From: Syncephalis fuscata S228
Lineage: Eukaryota; Fungi; Zoopagomycota
NCBI GenBank assembly: GCA_025786725.1
Contig: JAHLTZ010000006.1
Location: 372,001 to 436,000 of the forward strand
DNA: 64,000 nucleotides
Reading direction: 5' to 3'
The notes beneath the pieces were generated by a model that was not told the DNA's origin, ran no database searches, and saw only the letters and a program-made list of their open reading frames with translations. Below, piece by piece: positions 39,676-52,099 of this stretch (position 1 is its first letter; every line of letters begins with the position of its first letter). The position numbers and the translations under genes are program-made.

Positions 39676-41200
39676 TACGATGATCATATGTAATATAATA
39701 ACGAACAATCCAATTTTACAATGTTTATGACTACGGTACATTTCTTTTAAAGTGCTTATACAACCATCTTGATTATGAACAGACAATTAGGTATTTTTAT
39801 GATAAGCATAGTAGATGACAATTAATACATTGTACATCTAGCTGGATTTATTTTTAAAGGCTGAACATAGCCATTATGAATAATAATAATGTATACGATT
39901 GTTCTAGCAATAACTAAACAGATTATTATTTTTTAGCTGCTATGCTCACAATTATTTATCCTGTTAGTATGTATTTAGCATATTTTTTAAACCTTTATTG
40001 TTTGAATCAAAATATAGTAAGATAAATATGAGCATTAATATCAATATTGTAATTTTAAATTGTATGACATAACAGTTACAAGAGTAGTAGCTGAACAAAA
40101 TACAAATAATTAGAGACAAAAGGTAAAGTTTATCATCTGGTGGCTCTAGTCACACGAAGCAACAATTTAATACTGGTTCTCAATACTGTTACCAAGTAAT
40201 GAATAAGAAGAGATAGCCGTTTATTAAATGGCGATTGTAAAAAAGCTTTTAAAAATGTGCACTATAATCACACGGTAATTTGTATGGTTTCATCTATGCT
40301 TATTAAAAACGTACTTTATTGAATAAAATATAGCCATCTTTGCTTTGTAAATAAAAACGCATTTTAAATATAGATTATTAAGATAGATTGCAGAAAAACA
40401 TCTTAAGACAATTCATTACAGCCGTACACATACAGAAGCAACAATAGCAGATCGCACTGTCACGGCTGAGATTGAAAAGCTGTTATTAAAATAAGATGTA
40501 ATAATGATCCGTAACAAAACAAATTATACGAAAAGATTTACAGCATATGTTCAAAGCACATAAAAACAAGCTAGGAATGCATTTACTAGGTTAATAAAGG
40601 TGTCAATATCAATTATCAGAGTAATGAAGGTCAGATTATAAAAGAGCAATGCAAGTACATAGTGTAAATAGCATATATGGAGTGCACAAGTATATGTAAT
40701 GGATATATGCTGTCAAGTGTAAAGAAAGAGAAAGGGAAATGTGATGATATAGATTGTGAGATGTGAGCCTGTCAGTCAATATTTATAAACAAAAAGTTTA
40801 ATTCATTAATAAATGGAGTGTGAATAATAAAAGTCAATCTATCCAACATGTCAGTACATCATAGAACAGATTAATAGTAAATGAATAAATGCATCAAGAA
40901 TAAAAGTCATTTAACACCAAAACTACTCATTATCATAGAACATATATTCAGTATATTAAAGATCAATTAAATATAATAAAAATTATCTACATATTATATG
41001 TGATTAATATATTCTTTCGCTTTTTTTTTAGGTAAAGTAAGTATTCAAGATATGTAATATTCTATTTATTTGTGTCAAGTATTTGTAGCTAATATTTTTG
41101 TTTATTTGCCATCATTATTAAGCACTACATAGAGTAAAGAACGTAAAAACAGGATATGGGCGCATATATGGTGGTAGTTGTATAATGTTCAGCAGAATTC

Positions 41201-42109
41201 TTACTGGTTCAATTTAATAAATCCCTTAGCTTTAACATCCTTGCGACCTAATGTTCCTAGATTCCAGTTATCTTCCACGGTACGAAGCAAGCTGTAGTGG
41301 TTGTATTCGGTGTTGTCTACGAGACCTGGCGTGCCAGCGGCCTGGCCAAGTAACACGGTATACACCTGATTGCGAATGAAATAGTTTTCAGCTTCATCGA
41401 ACGTGACGACAATAAGAGTTCGGTGTAAAAAGTCTGGATTGGCTAGTTTCGGTTCAAGGAATCCTTTAAGCCATGCAGTTGCATATTCTAATGTAGTGTC
41501 ATGCCCATCATTGTTCATGTTGGGGGTGTAGTAGCTATATTGCGGCAAGTTGTTGGCATTTAAATCCTGCTCAAACTCATCTGCATTAACGATTTTAGCG
41601 CAGCGTTGAGGATTTTCGCGAACATTTTCGGCAACCATAAATGGATTGTGCTTTCTGCGATACAAATTATTACTGCCGTCTGAATCGACGTAGCAATTGT
41701 CTTTGTTACCAGGATAATTTTCCATGTAAGCCTTCCAAGATATGCCCTTTTTCTCAAGCAGGTCGACCACATTAGAGCCACTTACGCTTGATGTGAAATC
41801 AAGGAATACACCATCGGTAGAACCGAAGATTTGTGCTACATAGTTTGGCTGTGATGGGTGTGTAATACCATTATAATTGCCTAGTAGACGTCCTTTTTTG
41901 GTCAATTCTTGCCAATAAGGTATACTTTTGACCGAAGCGTAATTGCGATTTTCCATATTGATGATCACAATACGGTCAAAGGAATTGCCAGGCACAATGT
42001 CATTTGCTGAGGCAAGTGGTGCAGCATCGCTGATCTGAGCAGATAATAAAAACGTTACAGCTGCCACCAACGTTAGACAGCTTTTACTCCAAGAAAAAGA
42101 AGAAAACAT
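41201..42109 (-). CDS. Secreted acid phosphatase, phosphoesterase family, intronless paralog
   Basis: Signal peptide; IINMEN, THPSQPNY, RKHNPF, NDGHDT, VTFDE, YNHYSLLRTVEDNWNLG. Confidence 0.93.
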   Translation of the reverse strand: MFSSFSWSKSCLTLVAAVTFLLSAQISDAAPLASANDIVPGNSFDRIVIINMENRNYASVKSIPYWQELTKKGRLLGNYNGITHPSQPNYVAQIFGSTDGVFLDFTSSVSGSNVVDLLEKKGISWKAYMENYPGNKDNCYVDSDGSNNLYRRKHNPFMVAENVRENPQRCAKIVNADEFEQDLNANNLPQYSYYTPNMNNDGHDTTLEYATAWLKGFLEPKLANPDFLHRTLIVVTFDEAENYFIRNQVYTVLLGQAAGTPGLVDNTEYNHYSLLRTVEDNWNLGTLGRKDVKAKGFIKLNQ

Positions 42110-43391
42110 GATAGGTTGCGTTTGCGGAAAATCGTTGAGCAAACTAGATTCATGTACTTTAAAGCCCGTTTAAAGTACGACTAGCTAAATGGATGCGTGA
42201 ATGAAGTTGAAAAAGAGACAAAACAGTGCTGTATGTCAGCCAGGACAATTGCTGCACCGCAGAAGAATGGTCGTAATGGAAAAAGACAAAGGAAATAAAC
42301 TAATGTGTTTGGAGATGGTGCGTTAAACTTGGCTTAAATGTAGTTATCGTTAAAACTATGACCGTTTCAAAATGTTATGGACGCTGGAGATCGCTTGTGG
42401 CCAGACGTGAAACAATTGATCGTTGCTTAATTCGGCAAAGTGACGTGTGTGGTGTTTATAGAAAAAACACCGGAAATAGCAAGTGGCAGTTAATAAAGCT
42501 AAAGATTTTCGTTCAAAAGAATAGACCGTTAATTCAAATGGGCATCAGTAGATATTTGGATAGTGAGTTACTCAACCAGAAAATGGCATGAATCTTTGGC
42601 CCTTTTTGTAGTTTGCACTTGGCAATGATTATCGACTAAGCAGCGTGTTTGAAGGCCTTTTGCTCTCTCCACAGTGTTTCAACTCAGCTTGTTTTAGCAT
42701 ATGGTAGCACCGTTGACTTCAAACAAAATGGCTGCAACAATGATAGTAAGTAGTACTTTAGTTGCTTCTAAAAGACGTTTCACAATAGTTGTTAAAGGAA
42801 ACAATAGTCGCGAACCTAGCGTGTGCTGCGAAGGGGCAGTTATTAGGCAACATGTAACCAATGTAGTGTTCAAAACACTAACAGATGATAGGGAAACACG
42901 GCATTGACGTTTCATCAACGTGGCAACGGAACCTAATGCCCGGCTTCAGTCAAGATGGATTCCATATAATAAATTAGCCAGCAGCATGCGTCGAACAATG
43001 CAACGAAGTCAGTATTGCTATGCAATATTCGGAATTCGGCAAAATAAAGCGACCTAGTTGTACAACACCTATTCTTCAGCTGCTGACAATTATTCATATT
43101 GTGCAAACGACAAAGTAGCACCATTCAAACATACTATTACTACGGCATTCGTCATTGGGGATAATCAACAATGATGCTAATAACCAGTATCATTTTGGAG
43201 CGTGCAACATTAGTTACTTAAACAGTATGCAAGTCAAACTATTGCACGTGTTTAACCGGTAAGTTCACCAATTTTTGCCCTTTCGTTCTTTCCTTTCCAC
43301 TACTACTTGCTTATCTTTTTTTAATTGATAACTGTCACGCTCTATCAACAACAGCAACATCAGTGGTAACATTAACAGCAACAGTGATATA

Positions 43392-44042
43392 ATGAACGTC
43401 CCGTGGCCAGTTGTCGACCGTATACTACTCGGGTACTTTCTTACTCATATCCCAGCTTCAATATTCATTGATGCTCAAGCCTTGCTGCCAGCAATATGGG
43501 TGCCATTGTTTTTAAAAGATTTGCGGGCCTGGTATGCCTATATGCTTGAAGATCCTTTCATGCGGCCAGATAGGCCTACCGATCAGCTTGTTTGGTTTCG
43601 CGCCATGATAGCATGCGAGCTGTGCCTACAGCTTCCTATTATGTTGCTAGCCGTGCAGGCATTCTGGCCTTGGTCGTTTGCCGTGTCGAAGCAGACCGCC
43701 ACCAACTATGTAGACAATATTCGACGGTTGCGCGTGCCCTTGCTTATATTCGGTGTACACACGGCAACAACACTGGTCCCAGTTCTTGCGGAGTTGTACG
43801 CCTGGCCAACAACAACTTCTGGCTTGTCAGGTTCAGCTAGCTATACCGATGGTACACCGCACAAACTGCCTATATCTGTACAATCCAAGGCTATACTATA
43901 TTCATTCTATATTCCTTATCTTGTTGGGCCACTTTTACTTGTCTGGCGATTATTGCCACTGTTTCAAGATGCCATCTCAGTTCAAACTAGGCCAGTAGTG
44001 CAGGCAAAAAAGACTAAAACACAGGTATCCAATTTACTATGA
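43392..44042 (+). CDS. EXPERA-domain membrane protein (TMEM97/sigma-2 receptor/Ema19-like)
   Basis: YFLTHIPASIFIDAQ, DPF, WFRAMIACELCLQLP, FGVHTATT, YIPYLVGPLL. Confidence 0.88.
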   Translation: MNVPWPVVDRILLGYFLTHIPASIFIDAQALLPAIWVPLFLKDLRAWYAYMLEDPFMRPDRPTDQLVWFRAMIACELCLQLPIMLLAVQAFWPWSFAVSKQTATNYVDNIRRLRVPLLIFGVHTATTLVPVLAELYAWPTTTSGLSGSASYTDGTPHKLPISVQSKAILYSFYIPYLVGPLLLVWRLLPLFQDAISVQTRPVVQAKKTKTQVSNLL

Positions 44043-44150
44043 ACTATTTAATAAGGCCCGTCAGCTGTATACTGAATGAAATAAGGCTTGATATGTCAAG
44101 TATTAACGACAATTGCTCTTGCCGCCTTTTTTACTTGTTATAATAAAGCA

Positions 44151-44210
44151 TATCGAATAAAGTATCGAATAAATTATCGAATAATGTATTAAATAATGTA
44201 TTGAATTATT
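44151..44210. repeat. Short ~12-bp tandem repeat (TATCGAATAAAG-like, ~5 decaying units)
   Basis: tatcgaataaag tatcgaataaat tatcgaataatg tattaaataatg tattgaattatt. Confidence 0.7.
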
Positions 44211-44668
44211 GTTTATTGATCAATTAATAAAATTAATTTTAATCCATATAATCATATATTCGACCGATGAAGGAAGAGTATTAAAATACAATTGTGAAAT
44301 AATTTAATATTACTTGTGAATTGATTGCCAATTATAGCAAAGAAAGCTTAGCCGAAAACTGGCCAATTAGAAATGGCCATGAAATTTATTACACGAGAAT
44401 ACTACCCAATTAGAAAAAGGTATTATACTGGATGCAATATTTACACAGCGGTATCCAAAATTATCGCTGATCGGCTAGAACTGTCGATATACTTGGACTT
44501 TCAAGGCTATACGACTGCTTGAAGCAACTCTATTCATTCCTTATTTTTCTTTCCCCAAGCCAGCACAGCTAATACAGTTACTTTTTTATTTTTATCCATT
44601 AAACACTTTCTTTTCTTTAGCTGCTAGTACACGCAGAACAACTGTACAACTTTATAAGTTGACTGGCC

Positions 44669-47600
44669 ATGATACACAATACCTTGCACTCGCTATCTAA
44701 GCGCAAAATACTGACCGTGTGTGGTCTAACCGTAGTTGCAGCGACGGTTATCCTGTTGCTAGCATCAACAGGAACGTTAGTGGATGCCGCTAAATCTAAA
44801 TCTGCTGCATCAACGGACGACACTGTTATACCAGATGTAGAGATTAACTGGACGCCAGACGCCGCGACAAATAACGACGCCGACAATGGCAAGTCGAAGC
44901 CTGTAAAAAAGACTACAAAGTCGAACAACAAGAAGAAAGAAGAAAAACCGAAGAAAGCTAAAAAGCAACCTGCTGAGCAGAAAACACCACCTGCTGAAAA
45001 GAAGGCATCGGATGACACTTCGGTTGAGCAATTTGCTTTCCAAACGGAAGTCAGCCGTATGATGAAGCTCATTATCAACTCTGTTTACAAGAGCAAAGAA
45101 ATTTTCTTACGTGAACTTATCTCTAATGCCTCGGATGCATTGGATAAAATTCGTTTGTTATCACTCACCGATAAGACGGCTCTAGAGTCTGAATCTGAAA
45201 TGAAAATTGTTATCCGAGCTGATCGTAATGCTCGTAAAATCATTATTACGGATACTGGTGTGGGCATGACACATCGTGAATTGCGCGACAATCTGGGTAC
45301 ACTAGCCAAGTCCGGTACTGCTGAATTTGTCAGTGCGCTAGAACAAGTAAATAAAGATGACAGCAAAAAAGCAAGTAAAGGCAAGGGCAAAAAGGTAAAG
45401 GCATCTGACACGGATGCAGCGTCTGCCTCGGGATTGATCGGTCAATTCGGTGTTGGTTTCTATTCGGCTTTTCTTGTAGCCGATCGCGTTACAGTGGCCA
45501 GTAAGCACAACACTGAAGATCGCCAATGGCTATGGTCGTCAAGTGCTGACGACGCCAGTTTCACCATCAGTGAAGATCCTCGCGGTAATACACTTGGTCG
45601 TGGTACCGAGATTACTTTACACATCAAAAATGATATGGTCGACGAGTATTTGTCGGAAAAGCGTGTCCGTGAACTTGTTAGCAAATACTCGGAATTTGTT
45701 AACTTTCCCATTTATTTGCACACTTTCAAGACTGAAACAATAGAGGTAGCTGATGATGAAGAAAAGAGGATAAAAAGGCAAAGAAGAACACAAGCGACGC
45801 TAATGAAGAAGATGAAGAAGATGAAGATGAAGACGCGGTCGTTGAAGACAAAAAAGAAAAGCCACGCACTGTAGAGCGTAAAGTACCATCATTTGAGCTA
45901 ATGAATACTCAAAAGCCCATTTGGACGCGTAATCCACGTAGTGTCAACGAAACAGAGTATGCTGCTTTCTATCGTGCTTTTACAAAGGATGAAGATGATC
46001 CATTGACCTACATCCACTTTAAGGCGGATGCAGCTTCGGTTGATTTCCGCTCATTAATCTTTATACCGAAAAAACCGCCTACTGGATATCTTAACAAGTT
46101 AGACGACGATGATTCGTTGCCAAATAGCGTCAAATTATATGTACGCCATATATTCATCACTGACGAGTTGCGTTTGTTGATGCCACGCTATTTGACGTTT
46201 ATACGTGCACTCGTAGATGCTGATGATTTGCCGCTTAACGTGTCGCGTGAAACACTGCAAAAGACACGTGCCTTGCGTCAAATTAGCAAAAAGCTAGTTC
46301 AAAAAACATTGGCAATGATTACTAAACTATCTGAGGATGATCCAAAGGCATTCTCTGCTTTTCTTCAGCAGTATGGCTCGAATCTTAAGCTTGGTGTTAT
46401 CGAGGATACTGTTAATCGTGATAAACTTCTTCGTCTTATACGCTATCACTCTACTCACTCACTCAGTGATGTTTCATTTGCTCGCACCAAAAGTAAGGGT
46501 GTTCGTGAGCAAGAAGCTGATCAGCGCAAAAAACGCAGCGTATCATTGGATGACTATATTTCACGTATGAAGAAGGGCCAAAAACGTATTTATTACATTT
46601 CTGGAATTTCATTGGCTGAAATGACACGATCACCTTTCCTGGAACGATTGACAGCCAAAAATTACGAAGTATTGTATATGGATGAAGCACTTGATGAGTA
46701 AGTAGTTTGTAAATTGTATTTATTATAAAAAACTAACTGAATTGCACCGTAGATATGTACTTGGCAATGTTGCCGAATATGATGGTAAACGCTTCACTAA
46801 CGTTGCCAAGGCTGGCTTAGTGTTTGATGATGAAGAGGACGAGAATTTGGATCCACAAGCTTCGGCAATTCGTGCTGCTGTGGCGCAAAAAACCCGTGAA
46901 CGCGAATACGAAGAATTTAAACCAGTTACAGATTGGTTGCGCCAAGTATTGGAAGAGCACGTTATTCAAGTAACCATCTCCAACCGTTTGACCAAATCGG
47001 CCTGTGCGCTGGTGGCTCAAGATGGTGGACTACACGGCAACCTGGAACGTGTTATGCGAGCACAGGCACTTTCTCAAGGCAACGAACAATCTGCTTATCA
47101 GCTGGACGTTGGATTTAGAAAAATTCTTGAGATTAACACGCAACATCCACTGATTCGTGCTATGGCCGCCCAAATTAAAGTCACACCAGAATCGACCGAA
47201 TTGCTGAAGAAAGAAAGAGAGGACAAAAAGGATAAAGACGACAAAAGAAGAAGGACAGTAGCGGGCCCAAGCGTTTCTACACTGGCGACGACTTTATTAC
47301 AACACCCAAAGATGAAATTGCCTTCTTACTGTTTGAAACCACTCAATTGCGTTCCGACTACGATATTGCCGATCGTAGTGCATTTGCCTCTCGTGTCGAG
47401 GATGTAATGCGCCGCGCACTTGATGTTGATCTTAATGCTCAAGCTGAAATTGACCCAGAGTTTGTAAAACCTGTTCCTGAAAAGGAAAAGAGCGCCGAAT
47501 CAAAGACTGACAAAAAGAAGAATAATAATAATAAGGATGAAGACGAGGATGATGATGAAGATGAAGACAATGACAATGAAGATGAAGAAAATGAAACCGA

Positions 47601-47691
47601 AACTAATGATAAGAAAGCTGAAAAAGTGACTAACGGCAAAGATAAAACATCTGATGAAGATGATGAAGATGTAAGCCACGACGAGCTTTAA
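44669..47691 (+). CDS. GRP94: ER Hsp90 (GRP94/endoplasmin); one intron ~46698-46752 and two apparent 1-nt deletions (~45765, ~47245)
   Basis: N-terminal hydrophobic signal; [37 protein letters not shown]; C-terminal HDEL. Confidence 0.95.
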
Positions 47692-48286
47692 ATGTTGATA
47701 TTCTATTATTTAGAAGCACTACATCGTGGTTGTCTTCACTTTATGTTTACTAATAAAGTTTACATTGCTATTAAATATGATGTATGTTTAAATACTTTAC
47801 TAAGCATTGCATCTATTAATTGAAAAAAAAATATATAGATTTTTAAACACACCTAGATTTTGTGTTTTTTACTTAAGTGATAACGTTATGGTTGCAAAGA
47901 TAATGTATATAATGTGCCATGTCTTATAATTATATTATATGTTCATTAAATAATACAATAAAATAGTTAATTCAATATTATTTGCTTTATTTATATAATG
48001 GTTGATCTGATATTTTTACTTTTCCTTTCATTACAATTATAGGATATATTGAACAATAGTTTAGTCAAATAAAAAGCGATACGCTTTATTAAAAACAATA
48101 TTTTCGTTGCACCATTTTCCATGATTATTCAATTGTTTTAAATTATTTTTATTTAACTTTAAGCGATGAGGCCGTAATAATAATATGCATAATATTGTAA
48201 TATAGCTCAAACAGCTAATACATTTTTATATAAACTGTTTAATTGATTAATATTAACACCAATCCCATAATTGATCTCTTTTTTAA

Positions 48287-48513
48287 GCCCAGTCACGCTG
48301 ACCGCCTATAGTGTCTGGCCTATGGCAAATTTGGTTTCACAGCGCAGAGGTAGAGCAGGTCGCAATCGAGGATGGTCATTTATTGACCGGACAGCTGCGT
48401 CCCTGCCTGGACTGGCTGCAAAGCAGCCTTGCGTGCGAGAATAATCTTTATGTGTGTGGATACAAAAGCGATGGGTGTTAGAATTACAACTACACTCATA
48501 TCAGTCCGGTCCA
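48287..48513 (+). ncRNA. Candidate structured non-coding RNA of unknown family
   Basis: Sharp GC-rich island in very AT-rich DNA with many complementary segments (CCAGTC/GACTGG, CGCTG/CAGCG, GCAGG/CCTGC, GGTCA/TGACC, GGCTGC/GCAGCC, ATGGGTGT/ACACTCAT, GACCGGAC/GTCCGGTC). Confidence 0.4.
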
Positions 48514-48571
48514 CTTAAATATTTTAATATTAATAATAAATAACACAATTTAGTAATCTAAAATGGTTAAA

Positions 48572-49222
48572 TTTTACTTTAATTTTCACATTCTGAGTTT
48601 CTAAAGCAAAATTTGTTTCAATTGAAGTTGCACTGTTATGCACAACATAGGTATATTACTTCATATTAAAATATTGTTAATAAATTGATTCCAATAAACA
48701 ATTTAACATATTATTTGATTTCTCTGAAACATTTGAGGTTAATTATTATTGTTATTGGTATGTGTATAAAGATTGATCAATATTAATAGAAGCCATATGA
48801 TGCGATTCCATATCGTTTGCATTTGTTATTGTTGGATCTACGTACAACATAATTATTGCATCTGAATGGTCTCTTCTATTTTCTAATATTTTATTATTGC
48901 ATTTTAAGCATATTTGTGATGTAAGATCTGTATTAATATAATTATTATAAATGTCGTTTATTAAACAGCTACTTTTCCTATAACCAATCTGACTAAATAA
49001 ATGGCATTTGAACAATTAATATCATAATGACAATGTATATATATTAAGCAATAATAAAATAACTAATTAATTACATGATTATACTGATAATTACACATGA
49101 ATTAATTAATGTTGATGCAATATTATACATGTTATAGTGATGAGTGAATGTTTAATTGTATTAAAAGTATTAAGAAAAGGAATGAAATGAGTAAATAAAA
49201 AATATGAAAGTCCAAGTAGCTT
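48572..49222 (+). mobile_element. Diverged copy C of the ~650-bp MITE-like family
   Basis: caattgaagttgcactgttatgc, tattaatagaagccatat and atacatgttatagtgatgagtga shared with 27024-27682; ends ...aagtagctt. Confidence 0.8.
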
Positions 49223-49693
49223 TCTAGAATAATAATAATTAGCTTTAATATACTATTTTATAGCATAATGATGACAATTATATATTCGTTGCCATACTGT
49301 AAACACCAACAATTGCACTGTGCCATCATCAGTACTAATTAATCGTTGGCTTAGTTTATATCATTAAAATAGCGTGTAAAGTAGTTTAATTTTGCGCTTT
49401 TTTACTTAGTAATATAATATAAGCTACATAATATACTAGCATGGATTTAAAAATCAAGCAAGTCAATAATGCCAATTGTTTGTTAGCAAAAGCAAGCAGT
49501 AACCAATCAGCGGTTAATGTCATGCATATAAATTCAAGTATAGATTGGTTGTCGCAATGTAATTGGTACATTTTCTGAAAACAAGAATGTAAAAATACAT
49601 GCTGCGAGTGTATCACTGGGATAACCATTTCCACATAGGATATCCTTTTTCAACTTTTGTCTTTAATATCAGCGCTATTTTTCAACTTTTAAT

Positions 49694-52060
49694 ATGTATA
49701 AAGCAATAAGAAATAAAGCTATAGATGTAAGTTTTGATTACTTATATGATATATCTTCTAATTTCATTGTAGATCGCCTTTCGGCATATTACATACACCG
49801 TTCCTGGTAAATCTCAAACTAAATCATCTGTAAAAACAGTGCTGTACAATGTCAATGGTACACTTGAGTCGGGAAAGCTAACAGTAAGTGGCGGATATTT
49901 TATGTATCGTATATTAATTTTTATAAGGTAATTATAGGTCCATCTGGTGCTGGCAAAACATCACTACTTCATGTGTTGGCTGCACAAATAAATAGTGGTA
50001 CAATTTATGGCTCATTGTATATTAATGGCAAGTCAGCAGAGAGCAGTGATGTGCATTCTGTATCGGGATTTGTCAGTCAAGACAACGCCATTTATCCTAC
50101 CATGACCGTAAGAGAAGTAAGTAATAGCGGTAATAGCTAGTTGAATAGCGTTTGCTTACATTTGTGCTAGGCTATTACTATGTCGGTCCTTTTACGATGC
50201 CCAGAAATCGTTAAAAAATCGGAACGTGATGCCAAGGTCCAACAAGTCATCGATACACTTGGCCTTAACGACGCATCAGATACAATTTACGGCGATTCTT
50301 ATTTGCGCGGAATCAGCGGCGGCGAAAAGCGACGTACTCGTGTTGCAATGGAACTTGTCACGGATCCAACTGTTTTATTTCTTGATGAACCTACCACCGG
50401 ACTCGACACATTGGCCGCCTACCAGCTGATGCAGACACTGAAAGATCTAACATACAACGGCAAGACAGTTGTAGTATCGTTACATCAGCCATCATATGAA
50501 ATATACAATCTAATCGACAACATCATATTTATGGCTGAGGGTCGTGTCATTTACTCTGGTCCCACACAGGATCTTGTTAAGTATTTTGGGCGAGTTGGCC
50601 TGCATTGTCCGATTTACAGTAATCCAACCGATTTTCTTTTTTTGAAGATATTTCATGTACACGACAATGATCTGGACATTGATGTCGACTATAGCGATCA
50701 AAATGTTTATCACCAGCATGCGACTGCAATGCCAAATCGTATTGGACCAGGATGCATTGGCGAATTCAGCTCGATTGTCCAGTCCGATTGTAGCTCTAAT
50801 AATATAATTGGGTCTAATGCGCATGCAAACGATCCAACAGATAATCTCGGATTATCCAAGAGTTTGCTTGATTATTCTGTCCAACAGCGACTTCAAATGC
50901 TATGGAATGCATGGGAGAATAGTAAAGAAGCAAAGCTACTAAGCATCATTCCTATATCAAAGCAGCTGCTAGAAGAGAGAATCGACGAACGCAACTCTGT
51001 TCATGATAAAACGCCCAACATTGCTACAAATACATATCCAAAACGCGTACAAGCCGGATTTTACACACAATGGCTTTTTTTAATGCAACGAGGCGCTAAA
51101 AATGTGTTTCGTAACCCCGATCTTATTAGTGTGAAAGTACTACAGGCTGTTGTAGTGGCTCTTTTATATATAATGGCCTATTGGAACTTACCATCCCGTG
51201 CACAGCAAATGCAAATTATGGTAGGATATTGTAAATGATGCATAATAATACTGACATTAAACTAGGATTATGCTGGTCTCTTCTATTTTGCAGCGGTGAT
51301 GCTGTTTATGCAAGTTCCTGTTGGTAAATGTGCCGTTTTATATACATAATAGTAGTTAATTTCAATTTATTTAGTAACTGTACCAGAATTCTACGCAAAC
51401 AGGCAAACCTTTATTCGCGAATATCGGGACGGCTACTATAATCTACCCGCCTATTTCGTTTATAATTTAACTTTAAATTTGCCACTTAATTGTATAGCAC
51501 CACTCGTATTCTCAGTAATATTTTATTTTGCCATAGGACTCAACAACGAATTGCAAAAAATAATTGTTTTTATTTTTATTGCTGTATTATTAGGAATGGC
51601 AGGATACACGTTTGGTTTGGCGGCCACTTGTTTTATATCACGTTATGAATATGCACCAGCTAGTATATTTTTAATTGGAACGCCCATGATTATGTTTGGT
51701 GGTTTGTTCACAAATTTAAATGGAATACCTGGATGGCTTGCCTGGATGAAATGGACTAGCGTTATTAAATATGGATTCTTATCAATGATGCGTAATGAAT
51801 GGGATGGTAAATTAATCGATTGTAGTCATAGCGCAAATACAGCTTGTATTCCAGACCTTGGGCCGGTGATATATCGTCTTTATGGAATAGAAAATGATGG
51901 TAATGCGGCTTACAATATCTTAATGCTTACAGTGCTCTTTTTGGGCTTTATTCCATTGGCATATCTTGGCAAATACATGAGTATACGACAAGTGCGTCTA
52001 TCTTTCCAAAGGAAATTTATTTCTGCTGACCATCTTAGCAATAAACAAAACATCCAATGA
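49694..52060 (+). CDS. ABCG (White-family) half transporter, multi-exon
   Basis: Walker A GPSGAGKT, signature ISGGEKRR, Walker B LFLDEPTTGLD, SLHQP, NPTDF; C-terminal TM domain with FIREY and WMKWTS. Confidence 0.93.
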
Positions 52061-52099
52061 GCAAAAATAAAATTTAATTATGTATACTGCATTTCACAA

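Noticed and set aside
44151-44210. CRISPR-like array
   Set aside because: 12-bp tandem units with no unique spacers, in a eukaryotic context with no cas genes
45755-47250. Programmed ribosomal frameshifting in GRP94 and other genes
   Set aside because: No shared slippery or stop motif; the sites examined are homopolymer contractions typical of long-read error
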